Assembly: GCF_036321535.1 (NCBI RefSeq)
Contig: NC_087436.1
Coordinates: forward strand, 48,362,001 to 48,426,000
DNA: 64,000 nucleotides
Direction: 5' to 3'
DNA from: Camelus dromedarius
Lineage: Eukaryota
Shown here in pieces: positions 12,805 through 26,800 of this stretch. Made by a program: the position numbers and the translations under genes. The stretch's first letter is position 1; the number at the start of each line of letters is the position of its first letter. The notes below the pieces were generated by a model. It made no database searches. It saw only the letters and a list, made by a program, of their open reading frames with translations, and had not been told where the DNA came from.

Positions 12805-15712
12805 TATAGTAGTTTCCTATTGCTGCTGTAACAGATTACCACAACGTTAGTGACTTAAACCAAAATAAATTTAATCTTTTATTGTCCTGGAGGCCTTAAG
12901 TCCAAAAGCACTCTGACAGGGCTAAAATCGAGGTGCTGGCAGGGCCAAGGTGAGGCGCTAGGGTCGAATCCCTTTCCTTACATTTTCCTATGTCTAGAAC
13001 AGCATAATTTTCTTAAGACAAGGAATTTATTTATTTTTAATTTTTTTAATTGAAGTATAGTTGACTTACATTATTATTTTACCTTCAGGCATACAACATA
13101 ATGATTTGATATTTTTATAGATTACACACCATACAAAGTTATTATAAAGTTATAAACTACATTCCCTGTGCTGTACCTTACATCCCTGTGACTTAGTTAT
13201 TTTATAACCGGCAATTTGTACCTCTTGATCTTCTTCACCTGTCCTACCCATCTCCTGTCTGTATTTGTTTGTTTTGGTTTTTTTTAATTCCACATATAAG
13301 TGAAAACATGGAATACTCGTCTTTCTGCCTGACTTATTTCACTAAGAATAATACAATCCATGTTGTCACAAATGGCAAGCTTTTATTCTTTTCCACAGCT
13401 GAGTAATATTGCATTACATATATGTAACTTCTCTATCCATTAATCTGTCAGTGGGCACTTAGGTTGCTTCCATGTCTTGGCTATTGTAAATAATGCTGCC
13501 ATGAACATTGAGATGCATATATCTTTTTGAATTAGTATTTTCATTTTCTTTGGATAAATATCCAGGAGTGGAATTGTTGGATCTTATGGTAGTCCTATTT
13601 TTAATTTTTTGAGGACCTATAATATTGTTTTCCATAGTGGCTGTGCCAAATTACAATCCCACCAGGTAGACTAGGACTCCCTTTTTTCCACATTCTCACT
13701 AACACTTGTTATTTCTTGTCTTTTTGATGATAGTCATTCTCACAGGCGTGAGGTGGTATCTTGTTTAGATTTGCAAACTCTGATGATAAGCAATGTTGAG
13801 CATCTTTTCATGTGTCTGTTGGCCATCTTTGTATGTCATCTTTAGAAAAATGTCTATTTAGGTCCTCTGCACTTTTAAAATTTAGATCAGTTGTTTTTTG
13901 ATGCTCAGTTGTAAGAGCTTTTCTTTGTATTTTTTTGGATATTAACCCCTTATCAGATATATCATTTGCAAATATCTTCTATTCAGTGGTTAAGATGAGG
14001 TTTATATATTTTGATCTATAAAAATATACTTACTTGTTTTAAGCTCATATTCATTTAAGTTCAAGCACATTCCAAAACTCTACAGTTTTTTACTCTCCCT
14101 GCCAATTTTGTTTTTGATGTCATATTTTATATTTTTGTGTGTGTCTCTTAACTACTTATTACAGTTATACTTAATTATACGACTTCTGTCTTTTAACTTT
14201 CATACTAGCTTTTTAAGTGGTAAATCTACTGCCTTTACTATATACTTGCTTTTACCATTGAGTTTTTTCCTTTATATATTTTAAATTTTGTATTATGGCC
14301 TTTTCTTTTTTGCTTAAAGATGACCTTTTAACATTTCTTATAAGGCTGGCTTAGTTGTGATGAATGCTTTTGGATTTTGGTTATCTGGGAAACTCTATTT
14401 CTCCTTCAATTCTGAATGATAACCTTGCTGGGTAGAGTATCCCTGGTTGTAGGTTTTTTCATTTTAGTATTACTTATCTCCATTTCATTAGGGTCTTTTT
14501 TCCAGTAGTTTTATCTTGTACATTCATATGAAACATATTCCTCTGTCTTCTCACTTTGACGTTCTCTGTTTCTGTAATTACGCAAAACAGTTATCTATCC
14601 CAGTCATAAAGATGTGTCCTTGTGTAGGAGGGCTCCTATGCAGTCTGCATGTGTCTAGTGGCTTTGGCAGGATGACTGGAGCTGACGCAAGCATGACCAG
14701 GGCTTCTGGGGTGTGCTGCAGGCTGCTGCCTTGGCAGGGGTGGGCTGCAGCTGAGGGGTGCTAGAGCTGGAGGCTGATGTGGGCTGGGGCTTCTTCTGGG
14801 GTGCTCAAAGGCTCCTGCTTTGGTGGACGGGGTGGCTGGAGCCAGAGTTTTATGCAGGCTTGGAGGGCATGCTGGGACAGTCTTGGCAGGCAAGTTAGAG
14901 CACAGGCACTTTTCAGTCTGTGTCTTCTGCACTGGAAGAGTGATTTAAAGTGCAACTGGGACTGGAGAGAGTAAGTTTGTGCACGTGCCCTTTATGAGTG
15001 GAATCTCATTCTCCTACAGCCTTCTGGTTCTCCAGGTCATAAGCCCTGCTGGTCTTCAAAACCAGTAAAGAGGTTCACCTTCCTGGTTACAGGGCTGGGG
15101 TGTCCAATGTGGGGCTCAAAACCCTGGTTCCCTAGGTGGGACCTCCAAATTTGTGATATCCTCTTCCTCTTTTGGATCTCCCACTGGAGGTGTGGGTCTT
15201 GGCTAGATCATTTCTCTTCCCTTCCTACCCTTCTTGGTGTGATCTTTTCTTTATATCTTTAGTTCTACAAGAGATGATTTGCTAGTCTTCAGGTCATTCT
15301 CAGAGAGAGATGTTCTACACGTAGTTGTAGTTTTATTGTGTTCATGTGGGGAGGTGAGCTCAGGGTCTTCTACTCTGCCATCTTGATTCTGCTTCCTTAG
15401 AACTGCATTCTTTGCATTGGCTCATTGCCCCTTCCTCCATCTTCACACTCAGCATTATAGTATATTTCTCTCTGGCTCTGCCTCCCTTAGTTTCTGTCAC
15501 ATTATCTTCTTCTCTACTGTGTCAAATTTTCCTTTGCCTCTTTCTTATAAGGACACTTGTGATTGCATTTAGATAATCTAGGATAATCTCTCATCTCAAA
15601 ATCCTTAATTTAATCACAACTGCAAAGTCTCTTTTGCATTATAAGCTAACATTCACAGGTTCCAGAGATTAGAACCTGGATATGTTTAGGAGCCACTATT
15701 CAGCCTACCAAA
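12805..15712 (-). mobile_element. MaLR LTR (MLT1B/C/D-like) split by an L1 insertion; pieces 12805-13005 and 15398-15712
   Basis: tttcctattgctgctgtaacagattacc...; ...cttataaggacacttgtgattgcatttag...ctattcagcctacc; 5-bp TSD ctcct/ctccc. Confidence 0.88.
13006..15397 (-). mobile_element. Internally deleted L1 retaining both termini (about 2.4 kb)
   Basis: Minus-strand 5' end GGAAGCAGAATCAAGATGGCAGAGTAG; GC-rich 5' UTR; ORF1/inter-ORF pieces; ORF2 tail and 3' UTR; TSD TAGAACAGCAT (12995-13005) / TAGAACTGCAT (15398-15408). Confidence 0.88.
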
Positions 15713-16429
15713 CTCCCCTTTCTCTTAGATAGCCAACTGAAAGCATATGCTTTTTTTTTGTATTTCATTCTGTTTCTACTTTTGTAAAAGGATGTATCTC
15801 TGTTTAACTTAACCGTATTTCTGGAACAGCTCTGTCAAGCTGTTCAATAACCCAAGCCTTAAACCTGGTTTTGGTTAGTGCACAAGTATGTGCAAGGCAG
15901 CACGCCAGGCAAAGGCAAAAATTTTGTCAGCTAAACAAGACTATCTGGTGTTCTGTCTATCATGGAAAATATGAGCTATTAACATAGATATCACGTAATC
16001 TATTTTCTATTTTCCGCATGCTTAATTCTTACTCTTAGGTTTGGCTTATTCATGATGCCCTAAAATTACTTTTCAGTTATCAGTCTAAGCTTTTTTGGGG
16101 GAAGAGTTTTGATATGTTGGTTATATTAAAATTCTATTCAGACTCAGGTTTTGTGTCCCAGGATTTTTCATTTAAAATTAGAGAGTGTACATTGTTAGGG
16201 CATAGTAACTAGGGCTTCTGGTAAAAAAAAATCTGAAATATGGGGTTTGCAGCACAATTTGAAATAGAACTTTTAAAAAGTAAAAATAGTAGTAGTATCA
16301 GCAAATATCACCACAATCACATGAGGGAAAAATAGATTTATGATACTCAAACCTTTTCCTTTTTTCATTCATTCAATAGAGTTCCTACTATATACAAGTT
16401 CTAAAAACAATTGTAAATGGGAAATTTTG

Positions 16430-16795
16430 CCAACTAAACTGATAGAACAGGAGATATGTATACTGAAGCACTAAAAAGTAGAAGGATGGGAAATACAGAA
16501 GAGGGCACAAAGAGATATGGGAAAATTTTAAGACTAATATATTATATACATTTACTTGAAGTTCCAAGAAAGGAGAGGAAGAATGGGATAGAATTAATTT
16601 AAAAGGTAACTGCCAGGAGCTATCCAAAACTGATAAATAAATTGTAAAATGTCTGTAAAACTGAACACCTGAAGCAGAATAAACATATGCAGACAAAAAT
16701 CACAACTAGGTACATTACAGAAAAAAAATATATGAAAACCAAAGACAAAGAGAAAGAACTCTTCAAACAGCCAGAGGGGGAAAACACTCACTACT
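16430..16795 (+). mobile_element. Ancient L1/HAL1 ORF1 remnant
   Basis: A-rich gaagttccaagaaaggagagg...accaaagacaaagagaaa...cagccagaggg. Confidence 0.6.
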
Positions 16796-16799
16796 CTGA

Positions 16800-18933
16800 A
16801 TATTTCTTTTGGGGTCTTCCAGGTCTCCAGGTTATCAGTACAAACTTGGGCCTTGTGCCAACAGCTCCTTTCCCCAGTGAAATGACCACACATTTTTGGG
16901 GGGCAGGACTAGGGAGTGACCATTATATTCACTCGTCTTGATATTATGGGACTCTTCCTAGTGGGATGAGACCTCTCTTCGTTCAGTGGGTCAGTTATGA
17001 AACCTGGCTAAGGCCAAGAAATAAGCAAGGGATTGTTATGTTTTTATCTTTATTGAGTGGCTCTCATTAGCCTCATCCATCCTCAACTTTATTGACTATA
17101 TATATTGAGAAATGACCTTGTTGGCTGCCCGTCCATCATGCCCCTAGGAATGTATTATGCTATAAGCCATTTCCACACCTCTCTGTGGATCAGGTCCCCT
17201 GACTGCTTCTCCAACCTGGCCACTTATTATAATTGTTAATATATTGCTTCTAGCAGTTAAATGCTGCCACATGGCCACCCTAATTTTAGGACCCTATCAC
17301 ACCTTGGCTGTCTGGGAGCCCAGTTCTGCAATAGCATTTCCTACTGTCAGCATTGGCTTACAGAGAACAACCACCACCTCACCAGCACAATCCTTACCAC
17401 TCTGCCATATCAAGTGTCTCCCGGGATCTCTCACAGAACATAGACAGGGTGGAGAATTTTTCAGTCTTAAGTAGTACATTCACACCAAGACATTCATTTT
17501 TCTAAGATTTTTAATCCTTTCTGTCATCTACTATGGAGTTATTCTATTTCTGCTTCACTTAGGGTAGGCCATCAGTTTTTCCAAGAACCATTCTCACTTC
17601 ATGCTAACACAATTTTCTGGGACCCTTGCCAGGGTGCTAAATACATGTGAGAGTGCTTACTCCCATATCTATAAACTCTCCCTTACTTACCCTTATGTTC
17701 CACACCCTTTGATCTAGCACCTTCACAATCTAGTACCATATATTTACTATGTGTAGTATACTTAGTATATCTACTGCCATAAATCTAGTACCGCTCTTCC
17801 TTTCTCCTGCCAATACATGTTGGCTGGTCCTGTGGTTCAACCAGTGTGTAGCCCTCTCCTTCTTTTATAAGGCTCAGAACACCCCTTATTATGCCCAACA
17901 CATCAGTTATGACTTAATCCTAGTTATAGCTAAGAGGGAAAGTAAGATTAGATACTGAAGGGGTCTCAACGTAGCTTTGCTGACCAGGGTCAATTACTCC
18001 CACCAAGATGATGACTCCTCTTCTTGCCTTTTAATCTCTGAATATAAGGAATTTAAAGTACCCTGGTGGGAGCCATAGCTTATAATTCCAAGAAACTCAC
18101 GCTGTGTTACACAAGAATGCAACCCTTTTGGGGACCAGGACCTTCTTCACAAAGCTGCAGAGGAGAAAAACACGAAGTACCCCCGTGGGTCATTGGGAGT
18201 GATGATTAACGAGGCCATGCTGCTTCCACTGCTTTAGTTCTCAGATTCATGTAGCCTTACTGAGAGAACAACATATAGAGATGTCTCTTGAGTACTCTCA
18301 TATGTCCATCTGCCTGCCTTTTCTTAACTTCAATCTTCCAGTCACTTTCCTTCTATGTTCTTGGGCAGCTGGCCAGGCCATTAGCCAATGACCTCAGGAA
18401 ACTTCTCCTTTCACATAAAGCGAATGACCCCATGTACCACTAACTGTGGTACCACAGTCCCACACATCAGGAAGGTTTTATCTCCACTAAAACCCACCCA
18501 CCCCCAACCATGAGGCTGTAACACTGCCACTATTCATTTCCAGCTGGCACCCATATATTGAGCTGACTTATCCATTAACAAAGCTCAGGCTTCTTCCTCC
18601 TTCTTCACTTAGTCATACAGGACTTTCTAAACAGATGTGATCTAAGGGAAGAGCATTGGAGCAACTATAGTAAGTTTATTGATATAAGAGTGTTTGGGAT
18701 GCTCATGCAGTGTGTTTATGATGTCTGGTCCTACTGTGATTTAATCCCAGATGATGTCATTCCATCAATAGAATGCTGCTGGACACACCCCACTTTATGA
18801 CTGTGTAGATCTGATACCACCCAGCTCATAATAGACAGCTCTGGACACAAGTCACTTGGCACGTCATGGTCAAGCATCCTCTCTCCACCAGGGCCAAATA
18901 ACATGCCAGGAGATACTTTTCAGAAGGCATTTA

Positions 18934-18975
<42 letters not shown>

Positions 18976-19760
18976 CGCGTGTTTGTGTGTGTGTATGACA
19001 TGGCCTTGCTCCAGAATCCCAGATACCTGCATTGTGATTCTCCACCTGAGGCTCACCATAAACTCCACACTGCCTCTGTTTACAACATTAACACTTCCAA
19101 GATCACAGAGTCCATCAGATTACATGGCCCAGGCATCAGGACTGACTGGATCATAGCCTAGACTACTGCAGATGCCTGTATTGCTCCTGGTCCCACTCAA
19201 AGCTGGCAGCCTTCTATATCACCTGATAAATGGTCCAAACCACATTTATATGTGAAAACTCTGTCATCTCAAGAATGCAAAGAGGTCCACTAGACATTTT
19301 GCTCCTCGTTGTAGAAGATACAGATTGCAGCAATTTGTCTTTACTTTGGAGGGGATATTGGTGTGATCCTGACCATCAGACCCCTAAAATCTTGACCAAG
19401 GTGGCAGGATATATATATATACCCTCCTAAAGCCTCTAACATACTGTCCATCTCTTGTTCGTCCTATCAAATCAGCATATATAGTCAATGTAATAAATCA
19501 GTGTTCTGTGAAACATCAGGGTGATCCAGATCTCTTTGGAGTATTTTACGATAATATTTTAAGAAAACCATAAATAAAATATTTTGTCAACTTCACATAA
19601 ATGCAAACTCTTTTGATCTTGTCTTCCAATCAAAATAGAAAACAATACATGTGCCAAATCAATGGCATATACCATGTACTTGAAGCCTTATTAATCTTTT
19701 CTAAAAACATATTATACCACACTACTAAAATAGCTACAATGAAGCTACTACTAGAACAAA
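16800..19760 (-). mobile_element. Degenerate ERVL-class internal sequence (pol: RT, RNase H region, dUTPase)
   Basis: Minus-strand peptides YAIDLAHVLFSI (~19669-19634), LIYYIDY (YIDD box; YIDY at 19492-19481) and ILVGVIDP (~18009-17986). No long ORF remains. Confidence 0.8.
18938..18994. repeat. (TG)n(CG)n microsatellite
   Basis: Direct reading. Confidence 0.95.
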
Positions 19761-19859
19761 TTTTCAGTCCTCAGTGAGAAATAGGAAAGATCTTAGTGTT
19801 TTAATACACTTATGGAAAGGAGAATGAGTTAAAAATACAATTGAAGAAGGCCAAATGGC

Positions 19860-20430
19860 TGAAATGTAGAAACTCATTCTTTCATTCAGTACATGGTGGT
19901 AACTGATGTGGAAAAAATAAAGAAGGTAAGTGGAATAGAGATTGACAAGGGAGAGGGCTGCTATATTATATAAGGTTGTCAAGTAAATAAATAAATAAAC
20001 AAACAAACAAACAAACAAACCCTGAAAAGTGAAGTAACATTTGAGCAGAAACCTCAAGGGAGTGGGGAAGTAAATCCATGAATATCTTTAGAAAAAGCAT
20101 AACTGATGGAATGATTGGCTTAGCATGTTTGAAGAAGGAGGCCAATGTGATTGAGCAGAATGAGCTAGCAGAGAACAGGAAGAAATTAGGTAAAGAGAAG
20201 AGATATGGGGGACAGAGGATAAGGAATAGGGCAGGGATTGTAAACCATTGTAAGGTCTAAGGTGTTTTGGGTTGGTTTTTGTTTTTGTGTTTTTGAGTGA
20301 GGAACAAGCCATTTAAGATTTTGATCTGAAGAATGCTGTGATTCAGTTTATGTTTTAACTTAATCCCTGCTATACTGAAAATGTACCACAGGAGCGCAAA
20401 AGTGAAAGGAGACCAGTTAGGCCAGTATAA
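19860..20430 (-). mobile_element. L2 remnant
   Basis: gtaacatttgagcagaaacct...tagcatgtttgaagaaggaggccaatgtgattgagc...aaggagaccagttagg. Confidence 0.75.
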
Positions 20431-22166
20431 CAAAAATATAAATCAATGTGGTCTTAGTCTGTAATGGAATAACCTTTGAATAGGAGATTCTCATGTTCCA
20501 GTGACTTGGAAAGGGAGGAGAAAATTAAGCAAAATTTGAAAGTGGCTGGGGAGAAATATGACTTGATGTTCTTTCTTCTAAAATAGGCACTGAAAATTTT
20601 ATAGCCTACCATGTTTCCTTTTGTCTTGACTATCAAGATGTTCAGAGACAATTTAAAAAAAAAAACTCTCATTAATGTACTTATTCATTAATTTACTGAT
20701 GCATTCAATCTATAACTATCTATTTCATGGTCAATACGTGCTAACACTGTGCAACAAGACATAGTCCCAGGTCTTGAAGATCTTGACTAAGACAACTGTG
20801 CAAAAAGAAATCTTTGATTTTTCAGAAGAGAGAGATATAGGCTAGAAGTTTTTTGTTTTGTTTTAATTTAATTCTTAAAATTATATCACTGATGGACATT
20901 AAGCAACAAATTAAAATTTCAAAAGAATGTTATGTATTATTTTAATACAAAGAATAGTTAACCTAACATCAATAACACAGGGTCAAAATTATCATTTCTC
21001 AGAAATGACTAACCAATGAACTGTAATTTTCTTTCATATTAGTTAAATGTGAATAGGATTTTCTTTTGAACCATTTTTGAATAGTTCAAATAACTAAGCA
21101 TTCTCAAAGTATATAAAATCATTGTTTTGGTGGAAACAATTATTAATTCATAGCAATGTTGCATAAGGAAAAAAACATCTTGATTACATAGTCTGACAAA
21201 TCATATCATGAACCTAAGCTGTAATGAAAATTGGAATGTTTGAAGTGCTCTTACCTCACCACATACCTTCAGTCTAGCTAGTTTAAGAACTTTAATGGTA
21301 ATACATAAACACTCTTTTTACCTAGGATATTGTAAAATAATCAATGTTTTACGAATAAAGCAGGCAACTCAACCAAGAATAATTAGATTAAGAAAGGAAA
21401 TAGAGTCATATTCATTTTAAGACCTTCTAAAAATCTGAAAGTTATTGTGGAAAGTCCGACTTTTGGAATGTAAAAAGCCAAATGGTATCAGGAAAAGACT
21501 CATTCAATGAGAATAATAACTTTGGGGGTTTAGATATTACCAGGCTGACTACTCAGAGGGGAAAAAAAGAGTGAAATTTCTCCATTTATTAACTTGATAA
21601 TTCCAGCAAAAACTTAAGAGGAAATAAAATTAAATTTTCTCCATGTTACCAATGAAAATATTTAATTATCTATAAATTTTACTTAGAGCCATTTCTCCAG
21701 TAGTTGGGAATGCATCAGAAGATACCATCTTTATTTTCAAGCTTTTCTGATAGAAGATATAGGAAAAGCTATAATAAAATTCTAATTATTGGTAGTATAG
21801 GAGTGTAACCAGAAAAAATAAAATTTGGCTTTTTAAAATATTTTTGAATTATATGACCATTTGTACTACATATTTTTCTGTTACACTTGACTATAGAATT
21901 ACCTTCTTGGTTTTTGATTAACTGATTTTTAAATAACATGTATGACTCCTCAACCCCAATGTGTTTTTATAAACCAAAATAAAAAGATTTTTTCCCTTTT
22001 GGCATGTTTCCTTTAATTTGGTATGAGTGATGATACCATATTTAAGGGAAAAATAAGTAGAAAATCCATTTATTTAACATTTATCAAGCTAAATATTATT
22101 CTAAGACTTTAGGGTACAGTAGTACACAATACTCCATAAAAACTTCTCAATGTTATCAATTATTTC

Positions 22167-22644
22167 TGTGGTGTTTAATTTTATGTGCCAATTAGGCTAG
22201 GTTTGGTACTCAATTGTTCAGTAAACATCAGTTTTTATGAAGGTATTTAATGTGAAGATATTGCTGTGGAAATAATTTTAAACGTGATTAAGTTTACATT
22301 AGTAGATTCTGAGTAAAGTACCCTCCATAATGTTGGTGGGCCTCATCCAATCAATGGATAGTCTTAAGAGAAAAAACTGAGGTCCTCTGAGGAAGAAGGA
22401 ATTCTGTTTGTATACTGCTTGCTTTTGGACTCAACACTACAACATCAACTCTTTACTGGGTCTCTAGGTCTCTAGATTACTGATACCCTGCAGATTTCAG
22501 ACTTATAAGTCCTCACAAACAATTGTGAGGAAGCCAATTTCTTAAAATAAATCTTTTGATAGATAGATGGATAGATAGATGATAGATAGATAGATAGATA
22601 GGGATACCTCCTTTGGTTCTGTCCCTCTGGAGAATCCTGACAAC
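22167..22644 (+). mobile_element. MLT2 (ERVL) solo LTR with (GATA)n at 22558-22601
   Basis: ttaattttatgtg...ccctccataatgttggtgggcctcatccaatca...ggttctgtccctctggagaatcctgac. Confidence 0.9.
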
Positions 22645-22659
22645 TTCCATGGTACTAAA

Positions 22660-23880
22660 TACAACAGTCCTCGTCCTCTTCTTTGTCAGCATTTGACTTG
22701 GTTGATTATCCCTCTTCTTTAACATACAGGCTTTACTTCAGTTCCAAAATACCATTCTCTTGATTTTCCTCTTACATCAACTTATCTCTTCAAAACCCCC
22801 TGTTGGCTGTTCTCTTGATTTTGAAATGCTGAAGTAGATTTGGGTTACTCCATGATCCCTTTTTCTTCTCTATCCATATCTTTCCTTTGGTGATCTCATC
22901 CGGCTTTGTAACTATAAAGGTCTCTATATGCCAAAGACTCTCAAATTTAATTTTCCAATTCAAACTTTACTCTGGAACTCCAGATTCATACATGAAACTC
23001 AGTACTTGATGTTTCTATTTAGGTATCTAAAACGTATTCTCAAAATTAACATGTTCATAATCAAACTCCCGCTATTCCCTCACCAACCCACTCCATCCCT
23101 AGCCTTACCATTTCACACTGAACAATCTCTCAGAAAATTCTGTTGTTTCTGCCTTCAAAATATATTCAGAATCTGATGACTTCCTGTCATTTTCTGCTAC
23201 AATCTTAGTCTGAGTCACCGTAATCTAACCTCCTAGGATGGCTAATAACCTTTCAAATAATTTCCCTTTTTCCACACTTGCTCCCTTCTATGTCTTCTCT
23301 AAACATACTGATCCTTTATAAAAGTAGGTCAGATCATCATTTCTCTACTCAAAATTGTTCAATGATTCCATATTACCCAAAGTTACAAAAAAACAAGGTG
23401 CTTACAATGGCCTAGACAGAACATAAGACAATTTTATTCCATATGAATAGATGTGAAGGCCCTACAGGCTCTACATAATCTAGCCCTCTGTCTGTATTAG
23501 CTTTCTGACCTTATCACCTTCTACTCCCCTACTCTGGCCTTCTTGCTATTTCTCCAACATTATAAATAAGCTCCAGATTTAGGGTCTTGAAAAGTAGTTC
23601 CCATAAATATCCACATAAATTTCTTTCTTCAAGTCTCTGCTCAAATGTCAACTTTTCAAGGGGTCTCATCCTAATCATCTTATTTAAAATTGCAACTTGT
23701 TCCTTCAACCTTTAACTTTATCCTCTTTACGCATTTCCGTTTGGTGTTATTTACCTAAACTCCACACTCAATTAGCTCCCACTAGTATGCAAGCTCCTCT
23801 GGGACAGAGATTCGGGGAAATTTTGCGCACTATCACATTCCCAAGTACCAAGAATGGTGTATGACAAGTAATAATACCGC
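22660..23880 (+). mobile_element. L2 remnant (3' region)
   Basis: ccttcaaaatatattcagaatctga...tcagatcat...ttcaagtctctgctcaaatgtca...tagtatgcaagctcc. Confidence 0.8.
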
Positions 23881-26800
23881 ATGCTTATATTTTAAGGATT
23901 TAAAATAAAATACTTGAAATACATCTTTCTTATCAAGATATGAAACTAAAGTTACCATCTTAATTCAGGAAATCAATTCAAACACCCTAGAAGCCCAAAC
24001 TTCTGCCAGATAAGCTTAATCTATATTTAATGAATCAGTTTGATGCCATTCTTTAGGATAAAGCTGACTATAAGTATAAAAACCAAAAGAGCATCCAAGA
24101 TGAACTGATTATAAGCACTCAAAAAATCAAGGGCAGAGTGAATGGTAAGCTTGCTCCCAAGATATCAGGAAAAGGTAAATGAGGAGAGACTGTACCTACT
24201 ACTGCTCCCCTGCCTACGTCCAGCACTTTACCCTAGGAGTATGGGTGTCTTAAACAACAAAATGGAATAGGATCATGGAAACTAATCTACTTAGTTGTGG
24301 CTTCAATTACTGAATACAATGATCCATCCTGGCCCTTTTAGAACATTATTTGAGTAAACCTATCTGTCCACATGTTTTAATTTGACTCAGAGCATAACTA
24401 TGTATTCTACATAATCACTGTAATATATTCTAATTCACTGTCTTTGCTATTTACTTCTAGATTGATCAAGAAATACACTGTTAGCTCGTGAGCACTTGAG
24501 CATTCTAGGGCAAACTGCAGACCACCATCTACACATAATATGCTAAACAGAATGATAAAGTGCACATTCTCCATCTGTTGTTGATTCATTTATTTAACTA
24601 AGAGCTTACAATCTTCAAAACATTATCCTAGAAGGAAACAGTTACTAACACAAGTATATCAACAGATATTCAATAATGCAACATATGTAGAATATAGTAA
24701 TAGTATTGTGAGGTATATCACCACTCATATCCCAGAAACATTCTTCAAAACATTAACATCAACCATGTTTATATATCTGGTTCAATTCTTGAGGTCCCTC
24801 ATAATAATTAAATGATAGACATAAAAAATAGATCTTCTATACAGATATGGTGGTTATATTAGTGTTTACTTTTTCTAGTAATAAAAGAAATACATACTTT
24901 TGTAAAAATTCTGAGATGGATATCTAGGTTCACAGTACACCAGAGTCAAACATTAGCAGTACGTCAAGAATAATTAGAAAAATAAAAATAAAGACAAAAA
25001 AAAAAAAAAGAATGGAAAAGAGAAATATCCAACATAAATCTTAACTTGAAGTAAAGAAAATGCCAGTACCAATCCACTTTTAAGATCTGGTTGATCAATT
25101 GTCTAGATAATGTGTCACTAAGTCCATACATTTATTGTGTTTGTAATTAAGCTCAGAGCTGCATTTGGTGGGAAAGTGTTAAATATATATATATATATAT
25201 AAAATGTTGCTCCTTTCCAGGTTGTCAAAGCAATCTTGAAGTCATAAGGTTTGAAATATAATTCTCAGTATTTAATTCTTTTTGCAATCTACTGTGAAGA
25301 AAATAAAGAAACTCTATTGCAGAAAAAACAATCCATGCTTCTTTTTGTAAAGAAGAGAGAAAAGACTACAGTTGAGTTTTATGATTTCATGCACTGTCTA
25401 TTTTAGCATGGTTAGAGAACATTTGCAAAATCAGGTTTTATTTCTTTAAAAAATTCTTTCTCTCAAAACACACAATTAAAATTTATAAGAGAAATACAAT
25501 ATAACCTTAAATGAGAGCTTATATACCACATTCTTTACAACAGCTGCTTCCATTTCATTTTAAACTAGCCAAGGTTTACGCAGTCTTTGGATCTGACCTT
25601 ACAGAACAGCAATATTATTAGCCCTAAAGCACATGTTTCTGATTTTGTGTATCTGAGATAACATTGCTTATAAAATTCATGAAATAAGACTGTATTGTGC
25701 CTGAGATGGGAAAAAAAAAAACCTGTGTATCATTTAAAATATCATTGAAATCAGTAAGAATGTTACCCATTGAGGGCAAAGAGCACTACAGGCTTTATTT
25801 CATTCTTACTTAATGCACCATTTCCACTTTCTAGAGAGCCCTATTCCAAAAAACAAAGACCATACTTTGACATCTAAAATTAACAGTGTAATCATAGTAA
25901 AAAAGAGACATTCTCTTCTTAATTTCTATTCCCAGTGGAAATTTTATGTTTCTGTGTAATAACTTTCTTCTATGAAGCTTAAAGAATCTTGTGCACATTT
26001 AATTGGTGAATCCTCTCAACATCATCATGAAATAGGCAGGAAATTCCTGTTACTCAAGATATGAATGAAAACAAGTCATGCTCTATTATTTACCGTGGAA
26101 AAATGGAAATTTAATGACTTGTTGCAGAGAAATTGTTAATTAGCTATTCTTCTCTGTTGAGAACCAAACAAGAGAAAATTGGTTTAAAAAGCCCTTAAAT
26201 TACAGCAGGGGGAATAAAAGATAGCAATATGAAAGACTTTTTTAATGGAGAGTAAAAATGAGACTGGATTAGGTTGATCAGCGTACAGAATGCACATTAA
26301 CAGAACACAACATGACAGGCAAGGGTCAGGAACATGAAGGGAAGCAAAATGCCCTATGATCTTCTCCTATATCTCCTCTTCCCATCTCATGACAGTCAGG
26401 CACTTGCATGTGAATTATTCTCCCAGCGCAATCCCAGGTATCAGAGAAACATTTCTTCTGTGTCACTGGTTTAACCTGGGCAGGCACTAGAGCCACGTGA
26501 TACAACAGCTTATTGTGAGTCATCATTTCTCATTTTGGAAGAAGGTAAATAAAGATAGTTCTCAGATGTTATTTTTACCTGGATTATACCAGGAGGAAAA
26601 TAGTGTTTATTTCAAACTCTTCCAAACTCATTAAGATCCCTTATCAATGAAAATTACATAGAAGCAGTTTTTGGATCAAGTGAGAGGAAGATCTTCAATC
26701 TTTTAAAGAATATTGTCAAAGTGATTGCCGACCAAACGAATAATACAACTAAGTTTACCCTAAAGTGCTTTAAGAACCTATAAATAAAAAAATTCAACAT

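Noticed and set aside
14590..15000. GC-rich segment resembling a promoter or exon, with four overlapping ORFs
   Set aside because: It is the antisense 5' UTR of the deleted L1.
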